A DNA stretch of 55,662 nucleotides, counting the filler, from Squatina squatina (lineage: Eukaryota), in NCBI GenBank assembly GCA_031763465.1. It is 4 parts of 4 records of this genome, joined end to end, with 100 filler letters (N's around TTAATTAATTAA, not from the genome) between each part and the next. Parts side by side here need not be neighbours in the genome. Positions count along the whole stretch, not along the records: positions 14,094 to 28,736 come from JARFOE010000039.1; positions 28,837 to 42,142 come from JARFOE010000235.1; 2 more parts are not named here. One strand, written 5' to 3'. The position numbers and the translations under genes were made by a program. Position 1 is the first letter of the stretch; the number at the start of each line of letters is the position of its first letter. This document shows, piece after piece, positions 24,666 through 36,500 of this stretch. The notes below the pieces were generated by a model. That model did no database searches. It saw only the letters and a program-made list of their open reading frames with translations, and was not told where the DNA came from.

Positions 24666-24952
24666 CATAAATATAAGATAGTCACCAATAAAACCAACAG
24701 GAAATGTAGTAGTATTGTCTCAGGAGACACTGCATGCTGGGCTTACAAGAATAGAATCACCCTCACTATAATTACTGTGGAGATTTTGTCAGGCTATCGG
24801 TAACAAGGTAATAAATTGCTTAATCTCCTCGGCCGTTGTGGAAAACTTTACATTTTATACATCCCCCACATTGCTGTTAGATTTGGGGATTTTATGCTTG
24901 GCATTCTACTCAGTTTCAGCATCAACAAATCCTCTAAGCAACCATGATGTTA

Positions 24953-25390
24953 GTTGTAGCTCAGTGAGTAGCACAGTCAACTTCTACATGAAATGGTTGT
25001 GGGTTCAAATCCCACTCTGGGGACTTGAGCACATAAATCCAGGCTGACACTCCAGTGCTGCACTGTTGGAGGTGCTGTCTTTTGGATGAGACGTTAAACC
25101 GAGGCCCCGTCTGCTCTCTCAGGTGAATATAGAAGATCCCATGGCCACTATTTCAAAGAAGAGCAGGGGAGCTATCCCAAGGGTCCTGGCCAATGTTTAT
25201 CCCTCAACCAACATAACAAAAACAAATTATCTGGTCATTATCATTTGTGGGAGCTTGCCGACGCAAATGGCTGCCATGTTTCCCACATTACAACAGTGAT
25301 TGCACTCCAAAAGTACTTCATTGGCTGTAAAGCGCTTTGGGACGGCCGGTGGTTGTGAAATGCGCTATATAAATGCAAGTCTTTCTTTCA
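24953..25390 (+). mobile_element. near full-length tRNA-derived DeuSINE (SacSINE1-like)
   Basis: A-box-like tagctcagtgag, B-box ggttcaaatccc, Deu-like core gaggccccgtctgctctctcaggtg...aagatcccatgg...gaagagcagggg...gtcctggccaat, and tail gcgctatataaatgcaagtctttctttc. Several partial copies elsewhere in the window. Confidence 0.85.
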
Positions 25391-25448
25391 TGTAGATAAA
25401 GCAATGTAATGGAATAACCCCAGTAAATAAGCAATATTGGATCCTTAC

Positions 25449-25648
25449 ATTCAAGTGCAAATTTGAAGAGATCATTTGAGAGGTCGGCTGTCCATTTACC
25501 TCTCCCACTCTTCTCAATTTGTTTGTAAACCATGGACACAAAATCCAGCACCACTTCATTCAGAAGAGGCACAAACTTCTGGATAATTTGGGGTGAAATC
25601 AGTGCTTTATTTAAAACCAGTCGATCTCTTCTCCATTCTTCCCCACTT
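25449..25648 (-). CDS. CYP11A1: cholesterol side-chain cleavage P450, exon 3 equivalent
   Basis: 200-bp exon, gttttacAG|...|GTaagg. Translates SGEEWRRDRLVLNKALISPQIIQKFVPLLNEVVLDFV...DLSNDLFKFALE, a mitochondrial CYP11 segment with the WxxxR motif. Tail-to-tail position with CCDC33 favours CYP11A over CYP11B/C. Confidence 0.88.
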
Positions 25649-25726
25649 CTGTAAAACAGCCACAACACAAGGTTATTAACAGGCTATCAGAACTTTTGTG
25701 TTAAGTATCTACACTGATGATCATTG

Positions 25727-26066
25727 TCCAAATCCTCCAGCACGGTCCTCATCTCTTTGAAACCATCTATTATCACCGCCTCCCTCAAAAAAAAACTCCA
25801 CAATCCCTCACCCTCTCCAGCCACCACTCCAACTCTATCTTTCCCTTTCTCTAAAGGCCTGGAACGCATTGCTATCTTGTAACTACAATCCCATCTTCCT
25901 AAAACTGTCCAACTCAGACCCTCCACTCTGGCTTGTACCCTGGTCAAAATCACTAATGATATCCTGCGCAACTGTGACCGAAGGTTATTGTTTCTCTGCA
26001 TCCTCCTTGGCCTCTCTGATGCTTTCAACATAGCTGACCACTTCATCCTTTCCCAATGCCTCTCCT
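25727..26066 (+). mobile_element. L2-type LINE reverse transcriptase fragment (degenerate)
   Basis: ccctcaaaaaaaaactc...ctatctttcccttttctctaaaggcctggaacgc...gtcaaaatcactaatgatatcc...ctctctgatgctttcaacatagctgacc fits decayed RT motifs (LPFLSK.LE, KVTNDI, LSAAFDTVDH). Confidence 0.7.
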
Positions 26067-26224
26067 TCACAGTAAGCCTCTAGAACACTTCTTTCTCATG
26101 GTTTCAACCTGACCTGATGTAACANNNNNNNNNNNNNNNNNNNNNNNNNNNNNNNNNNNNNNNNNNNNNNNNNNNNNNNNNNNNNNNNNNNNNNNNNNNN
26201 NNNNNNNNNNNNNNNNNNNNNNNN

Positions 26225-26550
26225 AGGGATCTCGGCACTCCTCTAGTTCTGGCCTCTTGCACATCCCTGATTGTAATCGCTCCACCATTGGCGGCCATGC
26301 CTTCAGCTGCCTCGGCCCTAAGCTCTGGAATTCTCTCCCTAAACCTCTCTGCCTCTTTACCTCTCTCTCCTCCTTTAAGATGCTCCTTAAAAACTACCTC
26401 TTTGACCAAGCTGTTGGTCATCTGTTCTAACATCCTCATGTGGCTTGGTGTCAAATTTTGTTTTATCACACTCCTGTGAAGCGCCTTAGGAAGTTTTACC
26501 ACATTAAAATTGTTATATTAATGCAAGTTATCCTCGTTATTGTTGTTGTC
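26225..26550 (+). mobile_element. L2-type LINE 3' end
   Basis: Reverse complement of 48390-48670, ending in a gttgttg tail. Confidence 0.85.
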
Positions 26551-26581
26551 TACATGCTTTTATGTTCCTTCTATGTTCCTA

Positions 26582-26960
26582 TAGAAGAGAAGGTTAAAAG
26601 AAGATTTGACAGAGGTGTTCAAAATCCTGAAGGGTTTTGATAGAGTAAATAAGGAGTAACTGTTTCCACTGGCAGAACGGTTGAGAAACAAAGGACTCAC
26701 ATTTTACATAATGGGTAAAAGAACGAGAGGCGACATGAGGAAGCATTTTTTCATGATCTGGAGGGCACTGTGTGAAAGGGCGGTGGAAGCAGATTTAACA
26801 GTAACTTTCAAAAGGGAATTAGATAAATACTTGAAGAGAAAACATTTACAGGGCTACAGGGAAAGAGCAGGGGGTTGTGGAATGAATTGGATAGCCCTAC
26901 CAAAGAGCCGGCACAGGCACGATGGGATGAATGGCCTCCTTCTGTGCTGTATGATACCAT
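26582..26960 (+). mobile_element. CR1-type LINE 3' end
   Basis: Degenerate RRL..DL.EVFKILKGFDRV...LFP...FKRELDKYL, then 3' UTR ending gaatggcctccttctgtgctgtatgat. Confidence 0.85.
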
Positions 26961-27039
26961 AATACACAATCTGGTGTCCCCCAACCACTATATCTTGATT
27001 GGATATTGTTGTCTTGTGTTTATGGTAGTGGATTTGAAT

Positions 27040-27466
27040 CATGCAGCAGGTCAGGCAGCACCTGTGCAGAGAGACAGAGTTGATCGAGGCCCCAATTTTA
27101 ACTCCAGGTAGATTCCTGCTGAGTTAAAATTACAGTTGAATCTCAATGATGTCATCGAATCACTGCATGCATATGTAAAGAAGGATCTGTCGTCTCCAGG
27201 CGTGTGTCCTTGCTGCCTGCTCAGGACAGCAGGTTAAAATCACAGATGTTGCGATCATGGCGGCTTTCAGACAGGTAAGAGCCCAGGTGATTTTAACTGC
27301 GCATCCCCCAGGTTTCTGCTGAGCGGGGAAGGTTAAAATCGTCCCCAGGTCATGACCTTTCAACAAAAGTGGAAGATGTTAGAAATGAACAAATTTTAAA
27401 CGAGTGCAGAGTTCAAGAAAAGTGGGGCAGGAAAAGGACAAAAAAGTAAGGTCTGTGATAGGGTGG
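27040..27466 (-). mobile_element. Penelope-like fragment interrupted by a MITE-like insertion
   Basis: 27347-27466 is the reverse complement of ~24430-24553 (shared ccaccctatcacagacctt). 27040-27082 is the reverse complement of ~24562-24603. Confidence 0.7.
27088..27346. mobile_element. MITE-like non-autonomous DNA element
   Basis: Imperfect terminal inverted repeats ggccccaattttaact / ggttaaaatcgtcccc and internal inverted motifs ggttaaaatcac / gtgattttaact. Confidence 0.55.
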
Positions 27467-28017
27467 NNNNNNNNNNNNNNNNNNNNNNNNNNNNNNNNNN
27501 NNNNNNNNNNNNNNNNNNNNNNNNNNNNNNNNNNNNNNNNNNNNNNNNNNNNNNNNNNNNNNNNNNCTATCCAACACAAGATAATGTGACGACAGCTGTG
27601 ATAACATTTACGCTGTAACCTATCTCAGAGTGAATGTCATTTGGAACAATAAATTAATCTTTAGAAAATTATACACTCTAGACTTCCCAAACTGTGTTTT
27701 TGAAGTAATTTTGCACTCCTAGATAAAATTAGAAAGTTTTGTTACATTTTGCTGGAAAGACTTGACTTGAAATTTAATTGTCCTGCATGAAAATCTTGCA
27801 AGACAGAAACTGACACCTGTTAATGTGGTGACCATGCGTGGAAGGCGTAGGGCAGCCCACAGAGGCAACATATTTTTTTAAATGCTAAATTTGAAAGCTT
27901 TTTAGATTGCTTCTTCAAAACTATTCAAAGTGGGGTTTTTATTGGTAATATTGCTTCAGACTCTTGGCATTATATTGAACACCTTTAGAGCTGCAGTGGA
28001 AGTTCCCTGATACGACT

Positions 28018-28420
28018 CCAACTTGTATTTAAATAGTGCCTTTAATGTAATAAAACATCCCAAGACTCTTCACAGGAGTGTTATCAGACAAAAATTTGAC
28101 ACCGAAGAAAAAAATTACAGCAGATAACCAAAAGCTTGGTCAAGGAGGTAGGTTTTATGGAGCGACTTAAAGAAGGAAAGAGAGGTAAAGAGGCGGAGAG
28201 GTTTAGAGAGGGAGTTCCAGAGGTTAGGGCCTAGGCAGCTGAAGGCACGACAACCGAAGGTTTAGCGATTGTAATCAGAGATGCTCAAGAGGGCAGAATT
28301 TGAAAAAAGCAGATATATCTGGGTGGAAGGGGTGGTGGTGGTTGTGAGGCTGAAGGAGATAACGGGGAGGGGCGAGGCCATGGAGGGATTTGTAAACAAG
28401 GGTGAGAATTTCAAGATGAT
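28018..28420 (-). mobile_element. L2-type LINE 3' end
   Basis: Same family as 48387-48760 (caacttgtatttaaatagtgcctttaatgta...ggcagctgaaggcacg...gaggccatggagggattt). Confidence 0.85.
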
Positions 28421-28736
28421 AGTTTCAGTATGGTAATTGTTTTCATGTAAATGCACCCAATTAATTATTTCTTTGCAGCCATTTGTAAGTTTTTACATGT
28501 TGAAATAATCCCACTTAATCACATTAAATTGAACACAATTTGCTTTTGTTCAAATATTTTGAAACCATACTCTCTCATATACAAAGTGCGGAAAGGCTAT
28601 GAGTTGATTGGTGCCAGAACAGATCAACAAAAAATTGCAAAGGTGTAAAATTTGGTTCTGGTAATCTGTGCTGAATATGATTATACCTTCATAAGCATAT
28701 TCTGGGCCCGAAATTCATAAGTGGGAAATCGTAAGG

Positions 28737-28836
28737 NNNNNNNNNNNNNNNNNNNNNNNNNNNNNNNNNNNNNNNNNNNNTTAATTAATTAANNNNNNNN
28801 NNNNNNNNNNNNNNNNNNNNNNNNNNNNNNNNNNNN
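28737..28836. other. artificial scaffold linker
   Basis: 44 N + TTAATTAATTAA (28781-28792) + 44 N. Confidence 0.97.
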
Positions 28837-29840
28837 CATTTAGCCATATCTTAGTTGAAGCCGCTGCCTTCAACAGAGGAGATGTTAGGGGAGAAAATCA
28901 GATGGAAAATTGGAAGAGGTAAATGCTCTCGTCAGGTTCTTAAGCACATTTTCCATGAACCTTTCCATATACTAAATATCTTTTTAAACTGTTAAACTTA
29001 TATAATGTATTTGTAAATTGTGCACATATTTATATTTAGATATAATTCTTTGTAACAGTTATTTTTTGTTGGTTTTCTTTTATAATTACATAATTATACT
29101 GATTCAATTCTGCCCCATAGTATGTATGTGTATGTGTATATATAATATGTATGTATGAAGTTTGTACTTAGTGGCTTGCCTGAGAGTGCCCAGTCAACGT
29201 CACAAGTCAGGCAGATACAACTTCCGTTACTGGGACTTAAACCAGAAACCACAGCTGCATGGAGGAACTATTTAAAGCTGCAATACCAACTTGCTAACTT
29301 CAGGTTTAGCTTTAGCCAGTATGTGCCAAGGACTGATCTACTAATGTCAAATTGACTATAATCAATGAAACAGAATTGAAGAAGCAGTANNNNNNNNNNT
29401 ATATTATAAAATCTGATTTTTCATTGTTGGTGAACTAATAACATTGTGGCTGTTATTTAACTTTTTAAAAGTTAACAAAAATGCTTGTATCCCTTTGGCT
29501 ACGTATTTTTTCACTTTTTTCACTTTTATCTCAGGAAATCCTTTTGGAGGGGGGCCATTGATGAATAATTATGCAGTGACTCTCTTAGTTGTGTTCTTCC
29601 TTCAGAACAGGACGCCTCCAGTTCTCCCCACTGTGAACCATTTCANNNNNNNNNNNNNNNNNNNNNNNNNNNNNNNNNNNNNNNNNNNNNNNNNNNNNNN
29701 NNNNNNNNNNNNNNNNNNNNNNNNNNNNNNNNNNNNNNNNNNNNNGAGCTTTTCCAGCATTTTTTGTTTATATTTGAAACCTAATGTTGGTTTAAAGTCT
29801 GAATAGGACATAAATTGAATATGGAAAATCTTTAATATAC

Positions 29841-30028
29841 TTTTGCGAATGGCATTGTGTACTATTCGATGTGGTGTCCTTCAATTTTTTCGTGATTTTC
29901 ACTGTCATCTGCAATTATTATTGTCGTGATTGGGTAAAACCTCTGAATGCTATCTATCAAGATTCGAAGCTTATGATATCTTAAGAACATCTTTGTTGTT
30001 ATGGTAACCAAGGAATTGATGTTACTGT
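29841..30028 (-). pseudogene. B4GALNT1/B4GALNT2-like GT2 glycosyltransferase exon with in-frame stop
   Basis: 188-bp exon, ccttattccAG|...AAA|GTatat. Translates (D)[61 protein letters not shown] versus remembered LVTIATKTFLRY..LR.LI.SIR.FYP..T...ADDS...HY.MPFGK. TAG at 29862-29864. Family call is strong; pseudogene status is uncertain. Confidence 0.7.
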
Positions 30029-31266
30029 CTGGAATAAGGAAAATAAAAACCTTAGTTAATTGAAGAAACAAATATTATTGAAATGTACTGATGTTTGTAA
30101 CCCAAATTGTAACCAAATTTATCTGGTCCAGGATCAAGTAAGCATGGCATTGGGGGCTGCCTGATAATTATCGGAAAAATAGTGGTATGCTCTTCAAACT
30201 GAAAAGACACTTTTATAAAAAGAAAAATATGTAAAACATGCACCAAACAACACATTTTCTGTGTAGCAAATTGATAAAATTTCACTGACTGATTGTAACA
30301 AAAATAGCAGCAGCTATTGATAGATGCAATATGTAATTCTGGATCTTAAAACAGTGAGGAATCTTACTGTAAAACCTAATATGACAACCATCTTGCTGGT
30401 CCTGGTGAATCCCCATTATATCATTGGTAGAGGAGCTCAAAGAAGAGGCTATAATGAGAGCAACTTTGCTGGTTTGTGCAAGAGGCCAGAGGCCCACAAA
30501 TGGAGCAGTTGAAACTATGGAGTCTCACTCCTGCAGGTAGTAAATTATTTCTAGAGATTTTGTTNNNNNNNNNNNNNNNNNNNNNNNNNNNNNNNNNNNN
30601 NNNNNNNNNNNNNNNNNNNNNNNNNNNNNNNNNNNNNNNNNNNNNNNNNNNNNNNNNNNNNNNNAAACAGGGAGAACCTGAATTTCTCTCCCTTGGTCTC
30701 ATGTTCACCTTCTGCTAGGGAAAGCTGTGTGGCATCAGACATCTAAAGAGGGAAAGAAAATGAAATTAAAAATTGGAATGGTGAGAATTTGGCAGATACA
30801 ATTTTCCACCAGAAATGTGAACTTGATTTGACACAGATCTTGGACTGGAGCCACATTCTTAGTTACTTTCTTTACTTTGACGTGGCAATTTCAAAGCATC
30901 ATTTCTCAACTCAAATCTGTCGGGCTGCGGGTCAGTCTGAGTGAAACCATACTGAAACCACAAACTGAGGCCAGCTCACGCAGAGATTATCAGAGACTGT
31001 GGAAAGTAGTCCTGTGTGCCATGCTGAGAAAAGCATCAAAGCTCACTGGACTGAAAGCACTGGAAAAGTGTACCAAAGAAATGATCTTCAATTTATGCAG
31101 TACTTACTGCAAAGTGTTGGATGTCTGCTTCCTGAACAGCATTTGTGACAGGACCCTAGATTTCAGTGTAATTCAAATCCAGGATTATGAATGAGGGAAA
31201 ATAACAGGTTGAAAGCCCTTAGGTTAACTTTCGACTGTTTCTTCAGAATAATTTCAGAAGACATTA

Positions 31267-31700
31267 AGGGGCCGAAATTTCCTTTTTTTTTGCCCCGTTA
31301 GCGCCTCGGAGGGTGATCTCGCCTGTCACGAAGCTGTCGTTGTCGTGGTTCCTTAAATGGGAGGTCTGTTCGCGCCGGTGGCTGCCATCTTTTTGTGTCG
31401 GCCGACTCTTTGGTTGGCCAGACCGATGGCGGCCCTTGCCCCGACCGGGCCGCCATCCNNNNNNNNNNNNNNNNNNNNNNNNNNNNNNNNNNNNNNNNNN
31501 NNNNNNNNNNNNNNNNNNNNNNNNNNNNNNNNNNNNNNNNNNNNNNNNNNNNNNNNNNGCTGGTCCCTGATCTCTCGCTCCTGGTTTTCCCAATACCGCC
31601 CTGGAAATGAGGCGGAGCGATAATTTCCCAGGAGGCGAGATGGCCGCCTCCCAATGCCATTTTTTCCTTTTTCGCCCCATTAGTGCCCTTCCGAGGCACT
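31267..31700. mobile_element. GC-rich MITE-like repeat spanning a gap
   Basis: Begins ggggccgaaatt; related ends occur at 28704 (gggcccgaaatt), ~37698 (aaattccggccc) and ~38857 (aatttcagcctc). CpG-rich against an AT-rich background. Confidence 0.5.
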
Positions 31701-32699
31701 AATTGAATTAGTGCACTAATTCAACGACAATTTTCAATAGACAATAGCATCATCTCTGAGAATATCTGAGCTGACCTCACTAACCGATAATCATGCGGCA
31801 TTTCACCCAGTTACAAACAAACGACAAATACATAAAACTGAAATAAATACATTATTTGGAATCTGTAAACTACTCCTCATAAGAAACTGATTTTCTTATC
31901 TTTAGCAGCCAGTGATGTGGAACAAGGCACCACACCAAGGGAAGCGAGAGAGAAAACATCTGGATTTCATTTCCCAGTATCTGGATTTCCTTCTCTCTTG
32001 TAAGAAGCTCCCAAGAGCCATTCAGCAGATCCTGCTCCAAATTTGAAACTCACATCTGTACTGCAGCCAAAGCACACATCTGGTTTCAATTCCAAGTTTC
32101 GCATGGGCACAGAAGGAGGATCAAGGAACTTAAAACTTGGGCTGCTCTACCGCCTTAAAGTACAGCAGTATAACCTTCTCGTTGCTTCGCACAGTTTGCA
32201 AAAAAAAGGGGGCGAATCAGCAATAAAATAATAGCTACACATGCACATATTTGAAATGAGGGTTTGTCTTTTTTTCAATTTGTTTTTTGCTTTGTAAAAT
32301 GTAAACCAACAATATGACATTACTGGCAATCGCATGAAAATGTCAGCAGATATCGAGCACTTAAATTATTTTGTACAGTGAAGACTTTTGAAACAATCTT
32401 TTCACTCCCACTGAATTCTGTGGTTCAGACTATGGAAAGAATTTCCTGCTGAGCAGGGCCGAACCCCGACTGCACTGAAAAATATGTCCTTTTCTCTGTC
32501 TGGCTATTTTCTTGCTGGTCGGTCAACCCCTTTATTCAAATATTTAAATTCACCACCAATAGGACTCAGGCATTTTGTGCCAACAATCAAGCTTCCCACN
32601 NNNNNNNNNNNNNNNNNNNNNNNNNNNNNNNNNNNNNNNNNNNNNNNNNNNNNNNNNNNNNNNNNNNNNNNNNNNNNNNNNNNNNNNNNNNNNNNNNNN

Positions 32700-32878
32700 T
32701 AACATAGTAAAACATTCCAAGGTGCTTCACAGGAGTGTTATTGAACAAGATTTGACACCGAGCCACATAAGGACAGGCAACCAAAAGCTTGGTCAAAGAG
32801 ATAGGTTTTAAGGGACGTCAAAGGAGGAGAAAGAGATAGAGAGGTTTAGGGAGGAAATTCCAGTGCTTGGGGCCTAGA
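32700..32878 (-). mobile_element. L2-type LINE 3' end
   Basis: taacatagtaaaacattccaaggtgcttcacaggag...gagaggtttagggaggaaattccag. Confidence 0.8.
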
Positions 32879-33349
32879 TTTCCTTCAGCTGTGCTTGAGA
32901 TAGGAAGCAGATTTATCACATTAATACAGATGCCTGATGTGAATCTCCAGTGGATTTCAATTGTAAATTAAAATATAGAGCAAGCATGAAACAGGTAGTT
33001 TAATTAAGACCTCCTATTGTATGAACAGACAGGGATCGCCATCATTATAAATCTGGTTTTGAACATGGGAATGTCTGTAAGTTCCTATTCAACTCACATT
33101 ATTGTGAATAAAACTGAAAGTGATGTCAAAGGAGTTTCAGACTCGAAAGGAGATTTGGAGCCAGGACAGTTGAGTCGGATATATTTGGAGTTTCTTTTTT
33201 TTAAATCCGTGTAGGCTTTCTCCTGCTAGTTAGGTTCCTTTATTACATTAGTGTATATGTGTGCAATATATATTTAATTTATGAATGGGGGAAAGTACTG
33301 CTTTGGAGTACTTATATATTGTGTGTCTGAAGACAGAAAGCAGATATAT

Positions 33350-33505
33350 GAAGGACAGACAGAGAGAACCTATTTCCTGCAGTGGGGAGGTCTAGAACAA
33401 GGGGGCATAACGTTATCTTAGAGCTAGGCAATTCAAGGATGATGTCAGGAAGCACTTCTTGACACAAAGGGTCATGGAAACCTGGAACCTTCTTCCTCCA
33501 AAAGG
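33350..33505 (+). mobile_element. CR1-type LINE fragment
   Basis: tctagaacaagggggcataa...aggaagcacttcttgacacaaagggtcatggaaacctggaac corresponds to the CR1 ORF2 end (SRTRGH...RKHF.TQRV...WN.L). Confidence 0.7.
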
Positions 33506-36500
33506 CTTCCTCCATCTCCATGGGGCTGATCTAATGGTCAGTAGCCAGGAATGGCACTGGTGCTTGATCTGAGGATGTGGTCTGTCATCGGGCCATTCCA
33601 ATTTGCCCTGGAAATGGCAGATTCAGACGGTAACTGGGGATACCAGTCTCTGCCTTGCTGTGGTGATGGGGGTACAGGCATTCTCAGGACTGTGTAGGAT
33701 GCCCGGTGCNNNNNNNNNNGTTCTTTATGGGTACAAGGAACATATTTCATAAACATGTAAAGTGCTTTCTCTAGTCTCTAATTAGGTTAGTCATCATTCA
33801 TGCACACAAATTTGAACTCCTTCCACCCCCCCAAAATTATTTAAAAAAGCATAAATTCAATTTTTAGAGAACTAGGGGAGATGGGTTTAGGTAAGGCCAG
33901 TTGTAATTAACTTTCACGGAACAGTATCTTACTGTAAGGCATCAGTCCAAAATAAACTATGATTTATAAAATCTGAATTGTCTTTGTTCCTGGGAGAACT
34001 TCCTGAGGTTATTTCATATGTTTGTCAAAAAACCAAAACACATTTGAGACTTTTTCATGAAGTCTGCATGCCTTTAAATTAAAAATGCCTTTTACACACT
34101 GCTGCCTCACACAGGACAAATGGCAAGTGAATATTCTTGTGATAATGTAATGTTTTAATTAGCAGAATTTGTATACCTTAATCAATAGGTAACATATCTT
34201 GGCAAACATTAATCGAGATTTAACCGTATAAAGTTCATCAATTCTTAATTTGACTGACCATCAGTAGAAAGAGAAAAATTGTCCTCATTCTATGCAAATC
34301 CCCTGCCACTGACTCCATGAAATACCATATATACTGGAAGCTGTGAAGAGGTTTGCAGCTTGCTTATGTTGTCTGGCTCTCCCATCTGGAACACGTATTA
34401 CAGAGCTTCGCAGTTATCAAAAGTTTTGGGAAACAGAGTGGCTGGGAATGGAGAAAATAACTAAGCTAAGAAAGAAAATCCTGTCTGCTACATTGAAGAG
34501 AAAAGTTGTCCAGTGACTTACACGTTAAGTAGCATTAGTATTCCTTAAAACAACCAATTGCTCTTTTTTTGCTTTATCTTGAGGAGTTTTACAAGAGCGC
34601 TGCGCATGTAATGAGTCAGAACTCAAGAATGTTCCTGGCTGAGTGTCTGTTGTTCCATTTTAAATTTAATAGCAGTGCATAGATTCTCTAAGTTTGTGCA
34701 GCTAGGGTTATAAATTACATTAAGCACTGTAAGGAAACAAAAGTGGGCCTCAATTTGTCCAGGGGGGAATTCTTCTTGTGAACTTTGCATTTTAAAAGGT
34801 GGCATTTTCGCCACCATATTTACAAGTTGTACCATATGCAACGTTTTCTTTTTTAAAACTATTGATAACTATTGGTGCTTTTGGACCCCAACCAGTGCCC
34901 TATTTTCTGCCCCTAGCTGATTCACCGGAAGTCTGGACTTCACTATTTTATGGCTGTTACTGCAGTTGCCATTAGACAGTTGATGATGCCTTTTACCTTA
35001 ATCCTGAGGGGTTGAGCACAGTCCACATCTGTGAACTGTGACCCAATGGGAGAACTGGTGTTATTTAATGCCAAAACAAGCAGAATTTGTGCAGCTAAAA
35101 CATTCACTTTAAGACAGGAAATCACCATTCTGTAAATAATTGCCGTTTTCATGGTTTGCGATTGGAGCTGGACTTTTTATTCTCTGTAAACGGATGCGCG
35201 ACCAACTCCAGAAGCCTCCGAACTACAGGGTATGTGTTAGCACCACAGCCTTATTTAAAATGTGACTTCATAAAAGGAAAAGGTGATTATAACATTTCGG
35301 AGTTCTGTATGGTTTTATGCAAAGTTCTTTNNNNNNNNNNNNNNNNNNNNNNNNNNNNNNNNNNNNNNNNNNNNNNNNNNNNNNNNNNNNNNNNNNNNNN
35401 NNNNNNNNNNNNNNNNNNNNNNNNNNNNNNTTCTGTGCTGGAATTTCAGTTGATAACAGTTCTGTAGGAAGAGGAGCAAAAAAGCTGGGTTGATAGACCT
35501 TCAAAGGACTCAGAAATCATTCTTATCTTCAGGGTGTTGCTCCTGAATTTTAATACTAATTATATTTGTAAAAATAAATCAGTAGTTATGTTGGGAAGGA
35601 TGGTGCTGGTGTTGGGGGCCCAGGGAAGGGTATAGCAGTTCGGTTTAAGAAAGTAGCCTGCATATGAATGTGTCAGAAGAGAAAAACTTGCCAAACCATT
35701 CCACAGAATACAATTACCCACCCTGCCTCCAGCCACAACTCCCTTCCCAATGCATAGGTTTCCTCTCACTTATCCTTACTCAAGGTTGGCTGTGGGAGAG
35801 TGGAGATGAAGTACAGAGGCAAAAAGGTCAACAAGCATACACGGTTCTTCATCTAAACACAAAGGTTGGGGGTAGGGGGTGGTGGGAACGGGGGTCGGGG
35901 GTGGGGTTAGGGTTAGGGCCACTTACACTCTCAGTTATTTTTATTGCTTTCTTCAAGGAACAGCTGAGTACAAAAGCTGGCATATTAGTCTGAGCTGCAA
36001 CGAATGCATTTGTCTCCATCTGATACAGTAAGTCCAGAAACTGTAATGGGTGTGGCTCCTCTTTAGACATTCCACAGTCTTAACTCAATACACCGAGCTC
36101 AGTCCAGTGAATGTCTGTGTCAGTCCTGCTTCTTTTGTTGTCTNNNNNNNNNNACTTAACCGAAACGATGATGCCTGCCATGAATTTTCCGGTATTCAAG
36201 TCAAACATTTCTGTTCACAAATCACAAACCAGTTTGAAGGAAGGAAGATGGGTGGGAAGAAGGTGAATCCTCTGCAGCTTTTCCAATGAAGATCTTTTAA
36301 AAGGAGCTGATTTCTGAAAGAAAATTAAGCAAAGAAGATCCCACCCTCAAAACTGTGGTGGGTGTATGCTTTCTGACCATCTTTGATACACTCAGCTGGT
36401 TTCTGTTTGTGAACAGAAATTTCTAGCATGCTCCAGTTTCCTGCTTACATTTGCGTTTTAAGATTTCCTGTCGGAATTTATTTCACATGTGACTTTTAAC

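Noticed and set aside
24955-25015. tRNA gene
   Set aside because: The A/B boxes belong to the SINE head; no cloverleaf is evident and the sequence continues into the SINE body.
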